32,000 nt of DNA from Sinorhizobium meliloti (GTDB taxonomy: Bacteria; Pseudomonadota; Alphaproteobacteria; Rhizobiales; Rhizobiaceae), in the NCBI RefSeq assembly GCF_017876815.1, contig NZ_JAGIOS010000001.1, positions 2,850,001-2,882,000 of the forward strand, written 5' to 3'. Shown here piece after piece: positions 8,387 through 16,493 of the stretch (within the stretch, counting starts at the first letter, position 1; every line of letters starts with the position of its first letter). The notes under the pieces are model-generated. The model had not been told where the DNA came from and made no database searches. It was given only the letters and a program-made list of their open reading frames with translations. The position numbers and the translations under genes were made by a program.

Positions 8387-8596
8387 TTATGCGGCCCGCA
8401 GATTGTCTGCCGAGCTCTTGCCGGACTTGGTGTCGCGGACGATGTCGTAGGTAACCTTCTGGCCTTCTACGAGCGAACGCATTCCAGCGCGTTCAACGGC
8501 GGAGGCGTGCACGAATACGTCCGTAGCGCCATCGTCGGGCTGAATGAAGCCGAAGCCCTTGGTGCTGTTGAACCACTTTACGGTGCCTGAGTTCAT
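8387..8596 (-). CDS. cspA: Cold-shock protein (CspA family)
   Basis: The 69-aa ORF is [34 protein letters not shown]..., with RNP1 (KGFGFI) and RNP2 (VFVH) motifs. Confidence 0.95.
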   Translation of the reverse strand: MNSGTVKWFNSTKGFGFIQPDDGATDVFVHASAVERAGMRSLVEGQKVTYDIVRDTKSGKSSADNLRAA

Positions 8597-8720
8597 AACG
8601 ATTTCCTTTCAATCGCTAGAGTTCCCGGACGAATATCAGTCCGGTATGATCGATATTGAGAGGAAATCTGACGAAGCGCTTCGGCGCGTAGACAAAGGTC
8701 ACAAGCAAGTTTCGATGAGC

Positions 8721-8750
8721 TATATATAAACGCTGCTTCGAGATATGCAA
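8721..8750 (-). promoter_or_regulatory. Putative sigma-70-type promoter of cspA, giving a ~115-nt 5' UTR
   Basis: The minus strand reads TTGCAT (8750-8745), a 17-nt spacer, then a TATATA run (8727-8721). The long AT-rich leader is typical of cspA genes. Confidence 0.5.
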
Positions 8751-8977
8751 TGGATGAACCGAATTTAATTGTGCGAGGGCCTCACCCCGTCCGGAAAATA
8801 CGATCAAGCCGCTGATTTGAATCGCAAATAATATTCTCGAGGGATCGTTCGAAAACATTCGGGGGAATGCTCCGGCCGGCGGACGAGCTGAGGTTCTTCC
8901 GGCTTTTCGCTGTCACATCCCTGTAAAACACCCGCTCTATCCCTCGGCGCGATCTTTCTCCGACCGAGGGCAAACTC

Positions 8978-9958
8978 ATGAAAACGCTTCTCCCTGCCGT
9001 CGCCGCCGCGCTCGTCGCCGGCCTTCTGTCCACTGCCGCTTTCGCTGAAAGCCTCGTGCTCTACACCAGCCAGCCGAACGAGGACGCGCAGGCGACGGTC
9101 GATGCGTTCGAGGCGGCGAATCCGGGTGTCGAGGTCGAGTGGGTGCGGGAGGGGACGACGAAGATCATGGCCAAGCTGATGGCCGAGATCGAGGCGGGCA
9201 ACCCGGTGGCGGACGTGCTTCTGATCGCCGATACGGTGACGATGCAACGGCTGAAGGAAGCGGGACATCTGATGCCCTACAAATCTCCGGAAGCGGCGGC
9301 TTATGACGCCTCGCTCTTCGATGGGGAAGGCGCCTATTATTCGACGAAGATGATCACCACCGGCATCATCTACAACGCTTCCGCTTCGATGAAGCCGACC
9401 GGCTGGCAGGATCTTGCGAAGCCGGAGGCCAAGGGTCTCGTTACCATGCCGAGCCCGCTCACCTCGGGTGCGGCGCTGATCCATGCGCAGACGCTTGCCG
9501 GCATCGACGGGCTCGGCTGGGACTATTACAAGGCGCTCGCCGAAAACGGCGCGACTGCTGCCGGCGGCAATGGCGGCGTATTGAAAGCGGTCGCGACCGG
9601 CGAGAAGGCCTATGGCATGGTGGTCGATTTCATGGCCATCCGTGAGAGGGCCAAGGGTGCGCCGGTGGAATTCGTCTTCCCGGCGGAGGGCGTTTCCGCC
9701 GTCACGGAGCCGGTCGCCGTTCTGAAGACCGCAAGGAATCCGGAGACAGCAAAGAAATTCGTCGATTTCCTGCTCTCCGAGGAGGGCCAGCAGGTGGCCG
9801 TGAAAATGGGCTATATCCCGGCGCGCGACGGCATGGCCTTGCCGGCGGGCTTTCCGGCGCGCGAGACGATCAAGGTGCTTCCCGTCGATGCTGCCGAAGC
9901 CGTCAAGAACTCCGAGGCGGATCTGAAAACCTTCTCCGGCATTTTTGGTACCAACTGA
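8978..9958 (+). CDS. ABC transporter periplasmic substrate-binding protein (AfuA/FbpA-like, family 1 SBP)
   Basis: 326-aa ORF. Signal peptide is LLPAVAAALVAGLLSTAAFA/ES. LVLYTSQPNEDAQATVDAFE resembles iron(III)-type SBPs. It is followed by a matching permease and ATPase. Confidence 0.85.
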   Translation: MKTLLPAVAAALVAGLLSTAAFAESLVLYTSQPNEDAQATVDAFEAANPGVEVEWVREGTTKIMAKLMAEIEAGNPVADVLLIADTVTMQRLKEAGHLMPYKSPEAAAYDASLFDGEGAYYSTKMITTGIIYNASASMKPTGWQDLAKPEAKGLVTMPSPLTSGAALIHAQTLAGIDGLGWDYYKALAENGATAAGGNGGVLKAVATGEKAYGMVVDFMAIRERAKGAPVEFVFPAEGVSAVTEPVAVLKTARNPETAKKFVDFLLSEEGQQVAVKMGYIPARDGMALPAGFPARETIKVLPVDAAEAVKNSEADLKTFSGIFGTN

Positions 9959-9989
9959 CCTTCCGATGCCGGACACTGACGAGATCGCC

Positions 9990-10025
9990 CGCAGCCGGCG
10001 CCGGGTACCTCGCACGCCGGCTGCG
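9990..10025 (+). promoter_or_regulatory. Intercistronic stem-loop just downstream of the SBP gene
   Basis: CGCAGCCGGCG (9990-10000) pairs perfectly over 11 bp with CGCCGGCTGCG (10015-10025), with a 14-nt loop and no U-tract. It is probably an mRNA-stabilising or attenuating hairpin. Confidence 0.5.
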
Positions 10026-10322
10026 GACCCGAATGCCGAGGGAGGTTCCGGCTTGAAAATGCTGGGGCGCCCTCTGCGCGTAATGGCAAAGGCGCGGTCC
10101 TGGCGGTGGCTTCGGTTCGCATTCGGCGGCGCGACGGAGGAGGGGGCCGAGCGGAGCAGGGAACCGACCCGGGCCCCGCTACCGAAGGCGCTGACGCGGA
10201 CGCTGCGCGGCTTCGAGGTGCCGCCGTCACCCTACGTGACGGAAGATCGATCACCTAAGACGAACTCCTCGAAGGCCGGGACGGGGTGGCGAGCGGCATA
10301 TTTTCGACTTCGTGGCCAGCGC

Positions 10323-12002
10323 ATGTCCGCGGGCGGGGAGCCCGCATGGCTCCTGGCATTGGTGTTCGGCGCAGTCTTTCTGCTTTCGGCGCTGCCGCTG
10401 ATCCGACTCGGATGGGCCGGTATCAAGGGGCTCGAAGGAGGCGAGGCGGTGAGGGTGCTCTTCGAGGCGGCGACCTTCGCGGCGCTCCGCAATACGCTGA
10501 TTACGGCGGCGGGCGGCATGGCGATCTCGCTCTTCGTCGGGGCACTCTTCGCCTTTGTCGTTGCGCTTACGGATATCCGCGGCAAGCTTGCCCTGAGCTT
10601 CGCCTTCATGCTGCCGATGATGATCCCGCCGCAGGTGACGGCGCTCGCCTGGGTGGAGATGTCGGGTCCATCGAGCCCCCTGCTCAAGACGCTGGGGCTT
10701 GCACCGCCGCTCGGCAGCCCGCAGCCACTCTATTCGCTTGCGGGGATCGCCTTGCTTCTCGGCGTACAGCATGCGCCGCTCGTCTTCCTGGCGGTCAAGG
10801 CCGGACTTGCAGCGGCCCCGCGCGACGGGGTCGAGGCGGCGCGGCTTTCCGGCGCCTCGCCCTGGCGCGTCTTCCGCGACATCGTTCTGCCGCTTTCCTC
10901 TCCGGGGCTCATCGCCGGAGCGGCGATCGCCTTCGTCTCCGGTATCGGCAATTTCGGTATTCCGGCGATACTCGGCATTCCCGCCTCGATCGAGACGCTG
11001 CCGACCTTGATCTTCAGCCGGTTTGCGAGTTTCGGTTCGTCCACCTTCGGCGAGATCGCCGTGCTTTCGACGCTGATCGCCCTGATTTCCGCAGCAGGGC
11101 TGCTGCTGCAGCAGCGAGCGCTCAAGGGCAGGGACTATCGCCTGATCGGCCTTGCCGGCGCGAGGGCCGCCTTCACGCTCGGGCGCTTGCGGATCGCCGC
11201 GGAGGCGCTGCTTTGGTCAATCCTGGCGCTGCTGCTGGTCGCGCCGCTCCTGGCGCTCGTCGCAAGTTCCCTGGTGCCGGCCTACGGCGTGCCGCTCAGT
11301 TTCGACACCATGTCCTTGAACGCCTATGGGGAAGTACTCTTCCGCCAGTCGATGACGCTGACGGCGCTCAAGAATTCCCTCTTCCTCGCCTCCGCCGCTG
11401 CAGTCGGCCTGCTTGCGGTCACCATACCGGCCGGTTACCTGCTCGTGACGCGACGCGGGCGGCTTGCCAGTCTGCTGGCGATCCTGATCGAGATCCCCTA
11501 TGCGCTGCCCGGCATCGTGCTCGCCGTCGCCTTCATCCTTGCCTTCGCGGCACCGCTGCCGCTGATCGGCGTTTCGCTCTACGGTACGATCTGGATCATT
11601 CTTGCCGCCTATTTCTCCTCCTTCCTTGCCGTGAGCCTCAAGCCGGTGATGAGCGCCTTCCTGCAGATGGATCCCTCGCTCGAAGAGGCGGCGCGGCTTG
11701 CGGGTGCGGGGTTCCTGCGCCGTATGCGCGATGTTCTGCTGCCGCTTCTGGCCCCGGCCGCCGGCGCCTCGGTCATCCTCGTCTTCCTAATCGCGGCGAA
11801 CGAATTGACCGTCTCGGCGCTCCTGTGGTCCGCCGGCACGCAGACGCTCGGCGTCGCGATCTTCAATCTCGACGACAGCGGCTCTTCCGATCTTGCCTCG
11901 GCGCTCTCCGTGCTCGTCGTCGTCATGGTCATCGGGTTGATGGCGGCGCTCGAATTCCTCGCGAAATACCTGCCGGAGGGCGTGCTGCCATGGCGCAATT
12001 GA
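10323..12002 (+). CDS. ABC transporter permease with duplicated transmembrane domain (FbpB-like)
   Basis: The frame is open from 9945, but protein-like hydrophobic sequence begins at ATG 10323 (MSAGGEPAWLLALVFGAVFLLSALPLI...). It has two BPD-type halves. Confidence 0.85.
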   Translation: MSAGGEPAWLLALVFGAVFLLSALPLIRLGWAGIKGLEGGEAVRVLFEAATFAALRNTLITAAGGMAISLFVGALFAFVVALTDIRGKLALSFAFMLPMMIPPQVTALAWVEMSGPSSPLLKTLGLAPPLGSPQPLYSLAGIALLLGVQHAPLVFLAVKAGLAAAPRDGVEAARLSGASPWRVFRDIVLPLSSPGLIAGAAIAFVSGIGNFGIPAILGIPASIETLPTLIFSRFASFGSSTFGEIAVLSTLIALISAAGLLLQQRALKGRDYRLIGLAGARAAFTLGRLRIAAEALLWSILALLLVAPLLALVASSLVPAYGVPLSFDTMSLNAYGEVLFRQSMTLTALKNSLFLASAAAVGLLAVTIPAGYLLVTRRGRLASLLAILIEIPYALPGIVLAVAFILAFAAPLPLIGVSLYGTIWIILAAYFSSFLAVSLKPVMSAFLQMDPSLEEAARLAGAGFLRRMRDVLLPLLAPAAGASVILVFLIAANELTVSALLWSAGTQTLGVAIFNLDDSGSSDLASALSVLVVVMVIGLMAALEFLAKYLPEGVLPWRN

Positions 12003-12038
12003 TCCTCAACCACCTGACCAAGGACTTCGGCGGCAAAG

Positions 12039-13028
12039 GTGCAGACCGTAAGGCCGGCTGTTTCGGACGTGTCGCTGGCGCTGCGCAAGCAGGGATTTCT
12101 CGCACTGCTCGGGCCTTCCGGCTGCGGCAAGACGACGGTGCTCCGGATGATCGCCGGCTTCGAGCAGCCGACGGACGGCTCGATCGAGCTCGGCGAGCGC
12201 AGGCTTTCGGATGCAACCCGCGTGCTGCCGCCGGAAAAGCGCAACATGGCGATGGTGTTTCAGTCCTATGCGCTCTGGCCGCATATGACGGTGGCGGAGA
12301 ATGTCGGCTACCCGTTGAAGGTCCGCGGCATTTCCGGGGAAGCCTGGCGCAAGCGGGTAGGCGACGCGCTTTCGCTGGTGAAGCTTACGGATTTCGCCGA
12401 TCGGCGGCCGGCTGTACTTTCCGGCGGTCAGCGGCAGCGTGTGGCGCTGGCGCGCTGCCTGGTCACGGAACCGGACGTGGTGCTGCTCGATGAGCCCCTC
12501 GCCAATCTCGATCAGCATTTGAGGAAGTCGATGGAGGAGACCTTCCGCGCCTTTCACGAGCGCTCCGGCGCGACGATGATCTATGTGACTCACGACCAGG
12601 CCGAGGCGATGGCGCTTGCGACCGATGTCGCGGTGATGTCGGAAGGCAAGCTTCTTCAGGTGGCGCCGCCGGCGGAAATCTATGCGCGGCCGGAGGGGCG
12701 GGTCGTCGGGGGCTTGATCGGTCGCGGCGCGATCGTGCGGTTGAATTTGCCGGAGGGAGGGGCGCGTGCGCTCGATTGGCCGCTCCTCGGCGCCGCGCTT
12801 GGTGAGATGCCCGCGGGTGAGGAGCATGCAGGCGGGGGGCCGCTTTCCGACGTGCTCGTCCGTCCGGAGCAGGTTCATCGGGATAGCGAAGGCATTCCGA
12901 TGCGGGTTCTCTCCTCGGTCTTCGCGGGCGAACGCTTCGCTCTCACACTGGCGCTGCCGGACGGGCAGAGCGTCAAAGCCTATAGCAGCGTGCCGCTCTG
13001 CGAGGGCGCTCGCGTTCCTTCGTCGTGA
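12039..13028 (+). CDS. ABC transporter ATP-binding protein (FbpC/PotA-like); the 5' end appears frameshifted and the gene is a possible pseudogene
   Basis: Walker A is LLGPSGCGKTT, the signature is LSGGQRQRVALARCL, and Walker B is VVLLDEPLANLD. The expected N-terminal strand MAQLILNHLTKDFGGK is encoded from ATG 11990 (GGAGGG SD, overlapping the permease stop) in a different frame. Confidence 0.8.
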   Translation: MQTVRPAVSDVSLALRKQGFLALLGPSGCGKTTVLRMIAGFEQPTDGSIELGERRLSDATRVLPPEKRNMAMVFQSYALWPHMTVAENVGYPLKVRGISGEAWRKRVGDALSLVKLTDFADRRPAVLSGGQRQRVALARCLVTEPDVVLLDEPLANLDQHLRKSMEETFRAFHERSGATMIYVTHDQAEAMALATDVAVMSEGKLLQVAPPAEIYARPEGRVVGGLIGRGAIVRLNLPEGGARALDWPLLGAALGEMPAGEEHAGGGPLSDVLVRPEQVHRDSEGIPMRVLSSVFAGERFALTLALPDGQSVKAYSSVPLCEGARVPSS

Positions 13029-13082
13029 GTGGAGGCTGGCGGCTTTGAACGAAGCTTGCGGCGACAGGCGGCCTTGCGGGCC

Positions 13083-13107
13083 GGAACCAGCCTTGGCCTT
13101 GCACGTT
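13083..13107 (+). promoter_or_regulatory. EcfG/RpoE2-type general stress response promoter candidate
   Basis: GGAAC (13083-13087), a 16-nt spacer, then CGTT (13104-13107). This is an exact match to GGAAC-N16/17-CGTT, 79 nt upstream of ATG 13187, in an intergenic region. Confidence 0.5.
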
Positions 13108-13186
13108 CCACCGTGCAGCACGACAATAGCGGCGGCTAACGATCGAGCGGATCTGGCGGCCGGCGACAGAAGGAGGCGGCGCGCAG

Positions 13187-14899
13187 ATGTATGTCATGGC
13201 TCTTGCGACGGATTACGACGGCACACTTGCAGACTACGGTGCCGTCCGTCCTGAAACTCTGGAGACCTTGAAGAGGCTGAAGGAGAGCGGGCGCAAGCTT
13301 CTGCTCGTGACCGGGCGCGAGCTGCCGGACCTCAAGAGCGTGTTTCCCGAAATCGACGTGTTCGACAAGGTCGTCGTCGAGAACGGCGCGCTGCTCTATA
13401 CGCCGGAAACCGGGGAGGAGCGGCTGCTTGCACCCTCGCCGCCGGAGGCCTTCATCGAGCGCCTCAAGGAGAAGGGCGTCGACAGGATGTCGGTCGGCCG
13501 TTCCATCGTCGCCACCTGGGAGCCGTTCCAGACAGCCGCGCTCGAGGCGATCAACGAACTCGGCCTCGAACTTGAGATCATCTTCAACAAGGGCGCCGTC
13601 ATGGTGCTTCCGACGGGGGTGAACAAGGCCACGGGGCTCAAGGCGGCCCTCAAGGAGATGGGGCTTTCCTTTCTCAATGTGGTGGGGGTAGGCGATGCCG
13701 AGAACGATCACGCGCTTTTAAGGATGTGCGGCTGCGGAGCCGCGGTCGCCAACGCCCTGCCGGCGCTCAAGGATACGGCCGACGTGGTCCTCGAGGGTGT
13801 GCGCGGGGCCGGCGTCGAGCAACTGATGAACCGGATCATGGAGTCCGACTATGCGTTGTGCGCGAGTGCCCGTCACCAGGTGCCGATCGGTGAGGATGAC
13901 GAGGGGCAAGTGGAGATCGGACCGCAGGACGTGCTGCTGATCGCGGGGAGTTCCGGCATCGGCAAGTCGAGGCTGGCGACCGCCCTTGCGGAGCGATTAC
14001 GGGAGCGGCACTTCCAGCTCTGCATATTCGATCCCGAGGGCGACTATGAGGGGCTTGAAGGCGCCGTGACCGTGGGTAACGGGTCTGTCGCGCCTACGGG
14101 CAGGGAGGTGCTGGAGCTGCTGGCCAATCCGGACGACAACGTCGTCGTCAGCGCAACAGGCGTCGAACCCAACGACCGGCCCGAGTTCTTCGCCAACCTG
14201 ATGCCGGACCTGTCGGCGCTGCGTGCCAGGACGGGCAGGCCGCATTGGCTGATTATCGACGAGGCCCATCACCTCATGCCGGCAGCGCGCGACAGTGCCT
14301 CGCTCGCGCTTTCCGACGACCGCTCCGGCATGATCATGATCACGGTCCATCCGGATTCCGTCTCACCGGATGCGCTCAAGGAGATCACTGCGGTCGCAGC
14401 GCTCGGTCCAAAGGCGCGCGACGTAATCGCGACGATATGCTCCGTCTTCGACGAGGCGCTGCCGGCCGGGCTGGACGCTTCTTTCGGGGAAGACGAGGTT
14501 CTTTTCTGGCGGCGCACGCCGCCCACGCCGGTTCGGCGGATCAAGGCCGAACAACCCCGGGAAGCCCGCAAGCGGCATACGCGCAAATATGCGGAGGGCC
14601 GGTTGGGCGAGGAGGCAAGCTTCTATTTCCGCGGTCCGAAGAACGAGATGAATTTGCGCGCCCACAATCTGACGATGTTTCTGCAGATCGCCGAAGGCAT
14701 AGACGACAGGACCTGGGAGCACCATTTGCGTCGCGGCGACTACTCGAAGTGGTTCGAGGAACGCATCGGCGACGAGGAATTGGCCGGGGAGGCGGCAGGC
14801 ATAGAAGAGGATCGTTCGCTCTCGCCCGCCGAAAGCCGGCAGAGGCTGGCCGAGGCGGTGCGCCGGCGCTACACCGCGCCCGCATCCGAAGCGGGTTGA
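13187..14899 (+). CDS. Fusion protein: N-terminal HAD-IIB (Cof/SPP-like) phosphatase plus C-terminal P-loop NTPase (HerA/FtsK-like Walker A/B)
   Basis: 570-aa ORF. HAD motif I is ATDYDGTL, motif II is LLVTGR, and motif IV is GDAENDHALL. Walker A (LLIAGSSGIGKSRLA) and Walker B (WLIIDEAHHLMP) follow. AGGAGG lies 10 nt upstream of the ATG. Confidence 0.8.
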   Translation: MYVMALATDYDGTLADYGAVRPETLETLKRLKESGRKLLLVTGRELPDLKSVFPEIDVFDKVVVENGALLYTPETGEERLLAPSPPEAFIERLKEKGVDRMSVGRSIVATWEPFQTAALEAINELGLELEIIFNKGAVMVLPTGVNKATGLKAALKEMGLSFLNVVGVGDAENDHALLRMCGCGAAVANALPALKDTADVVLEGVRGAGVEQLMNRIMESDYALCASARHQVPIGEDDEGQVEIGPQDVLLIAGSSGIGKSRLATALAERLRERHFQLCIFDPEGDYEGLEGAVTVGNGSVAPTGREVLELLANPDDNVVVSATGVEPNDRPEFFANLMPDLSALRARTGRPHWLIIDEAHHLMPAARDSASLALSDDRSGMIMITVHPDSVSPDALKEITAVAALGPKARDVIATICSVFDEALPAGLDASFGEDEVLFWRRTPPTPVRRIKAEQPREARKRHTRKYAEGRLGEEASFYFRGPKNEMNLRAHNLTMFLQIAEGIDDRTWEHHLRRGDYSKWFEERIGDEELAGEAAGIEEDRSLSPAESRQRLAEAVRRRYTAPASEAG

Positions 14900-14936
14900 G
14901 CCGGCGCCTGCCGCGGGCGTTGAAAGGACGACCTCT

Positions 14937-15140
14937 TTACTTTTTCGGCTTCTGCTTCGAGGCGGCGCTGCGGCCGTCGGAGCTTTTCGAACGTTCGTCG
15001 AACCGCTCGGCGCCTTTCCTAAGGTCGGACCCCTTTTGTGCTTCTGTCTTTTTCTCTTCCTTGGCGGCGCTTTTGCGCAGGCCGGTGGCGGATTGCTTGC
15101 CCTTTGCCGTCGGGGCTTGTTCGATACCCATGGCAGCCAT
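14937..15140 (-). CDS. Small (67 aa) Lys-rich hydrophilic protein, putative general-stress protein
   Basis: MAAMGIEQAPTAKGKQSATGLRKSAAKEEKKTEAQKGSDLRKGAERFDERSKSSDGRSAASKQKPKK. AAGGAGGA lies immediately upstream (the second ATG at codon 4 is also possible). An exact EcfG-type promoter lies upstream. Confidence 0.6.
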   Translation of the reverse strand: MAAMGIEQAPTAKGKQSATGLRKSAAKEEKKTEAQKGSDLRKGAERFDERSKSSDGRSAASKQKPKK

Positions 15141-15165
15141 TCCTCCTTGAGCGAAACCCAGATTG

Positions 15166-15191
15166 AACGTGCTCAGATATTTCTTTGTTCC
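15166..15191 (-). promoter_or_regulatory. EcfG/RpoE2-type general stress response promoter
   Basis: The minus strand reads GGAAC-aaagaaatatctgagca(17)-CGTT. The CGTT ends 25 nt upstream of ATG 15140. Confidence 0.6.
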
Positions 15192-15356
15192 TCTGCCGAT
15201 GAAGGTAGTTGTGGACTGCCTTGATTTTGTCGCTCTTGCCTTCTCTGTGGCTTTTTTGAATTCCTAGAATGAAAGCGCCTGATTCGCGCCGCACCGCATA
15301 CGATCTCCGTGTTCCGAGTTTTCGGGCGGCCGGGGAACTGCCCAAGGAGAAGAACC

Positions 15357-16397
15357 ATGACGGAATACAAGAAGCCGATCATTACCGAGATGCGCCCGAA
15401 GATCACGGTCATCGGCGTCGGCGGCGGCGGCGGCAACGCGATCAACAACATGATCGCCGAAAACCTGCAGGGCGTCGATTTCATCGCCGCAAACACGGAC
15501 GCGCAGGCGCTGGCGACATCGAAGGCGGAGCGGCGGATCCAACTGGGCGCTGCCATCACCGAGGGTCTCGGCGCCGGTTCGGTGCCCGACATCGGCAATG
15601 CGGCCGCCCAGGAATCGATCGACGAGATCATGGATCACCTCGGCGGCACGCATATGTGCTTCGTCACGGCAGGCATGGGTGGCGGTACCGGTACGGGAGC
15701 GGCGCCGGTGATCGCGGAAGCGGCGCGGCGGGCCGGCATCCTGACGGTTGCGGTCGTCACCAAGCCCTTCAGCTTCGAGGGACAGCGGCGCATGCAGACG
15801 GCGGAGCTCGGCGTCGAGCGGCTGCGGGAGAGCGCAGACACGGTCATCGTCATCCCCAACCAGAACCTCTTTCGCATCGCCGATGCCAAGACGACCTTCG
15901 CCGACGCATTCATGATTGCCGACCGGGTCCTCTATTCGGGGGTCAGCTGCATCACCGACCTGATCGTCAAGGAGGGGCTGATGAATCTCGACTTCGCCGA
16001 CGTCAAGACGGTGATGAAGGGCATGGGCCGGGCGATGATGGGCACGGGCGAAGCGACCGGCGAGAACCGGGCGATGCTGGCGGCGGAAGCGGCGATCGCC
16101 AACCCGCTGCTCGACGAAGTCTCCATGCGCGGTGCCAAGGGCGTCCTCGTGTCGATCTCCGGCGGCATGGACATGACGCTTTTCGAGGTGGACGAGGCGG
16201 CGACCCGCATCCGCGAGGAAGTTTACGACGAGGCCGACATCGTCGTCGGCGCGATCTTCGACCGGAGCCTGGACGGCACTTTCCGCGTGTCCGTCGTCGC
16301 GACCGGCCTCGACAGCAACCGCAGCGCCCAGCCGACGGCGCCGGAGGCCATGAACGGCCAGACGGCGGCCGCCGTTCCTTCGCGTACGCTGCAGTAG
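15357..16397 (+). CDS. ftsZ2: Short FtsZ paralogue lacking the C-terminal linker/tail
   Basis: The tubulin signature [13 protein letters not shown] and N-terminal [15 protein letters not shown] are present. ATG 15357 (AAGGAGA SD) gives 346 aa, the size reported for S. meliloti FtsZ2. The protein ends soon after the globular domain. Confidence 0.9.
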   Translation: MTEYKKPIITEMRPKITVIGVGGGGGNAINNMIAENLQGVDFIAANTDAQALATSKAERRIQLGAAITEGLGAGSVPDIGNAAAQESIDEIMDHLGGTHMCFVTAGMGGGTGTGAAPVIAEAARRAGILTVAVVTKPFSFEGQRRMQTAELGVERLRESADTVIVIPNQNLFRIADAKTTFADAFMIADRVLYSGVSCITDLIVKEGLMNLDFADVKTVMKGMGRAMMGTGEATGENRAMLAAEAAIANPLLDEVSMRGAKGVLVSISGGMDMTLFEVDEAATRIREEVYDEADIVVGAIFDRSLDGTFRVSVVATGLDSNRSAQPTAPEAMNGQTAAAVPSRTLQ

Positions 16398-16493
16398 GAT
16401 AGCGGATACGGCGGATGCCCCCGTACGGGGGAGATGTCACGAAAGTGACAAACGGGTGCGAGTTTTCAGGAAACACAACACTACTGCAGTTTG

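Noticed and set aside
8780-8977. Searched upstream of the iron-type SBP gene for iron-responsive operators (RirA-type TGA-N9-TCA, Irr ICE-like TTTAGAA-N3-TTCTAAA)
   Set aside because: Only short palindromes (GAAT...ATTC, TTCGAA) are present, with no convincing match. The substrate of this transporter therefore stays uncertain.
8804-10015. 403-aa minus-strand ORF
   Set aside because: It is antisense to the SBP gene, which has a signal peptide, an SD and operon context. The antisense ORF has no motifs.
9945-10322. 126-aa N-terminal extension of the permease ORF
   Set aside because: The sequence is Arg/Pro-rich and hydrophilic and overlaps the SBP stop. Permease-like sequence starts at ATG 10323. 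The segment is treated as a structured spacer instead.
10286-12493. 735-aa plus-strand ORF
   Set aside because: It is an alternate frame of the permease and ATPase genes, extremely Arg/Ala/Gly-rich and not protein-like. Only its short stretch MAQLILNHLTKDFGGK (from 11990) is meaningful; see the frameshift finding.
12006-13121. 371-aa minus-strand ORF
   Set aside because: It is antisense to the ABC ATPase gene, which carries unambiguous Walker A, signature and Walker B motifs.
15141-15356. Searched the ftsZ2 upstream region for cell-cycle regulator sites (CtrA TTAA-N7-TTAAC, DnaA boxes)
   Set aside because: No acceptable match was seen by eye. Only the minus-strand EcfG-type promoter is convincing there.
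15269-16402. 377-aa plus-strand ORF overlapping ftsZ2 in another frame, plus the upstream ATG 15309 start of the ftsZ frame
   Set aside because: The alternate frame is Arg/Gly/Asp-rich nonsense. ATG 15309 adds the non-conserved leader [16 protein letters not shown] and has no SD. ATG 15357 has AAGGAGA and gives the expected FtsZ N-terminus.
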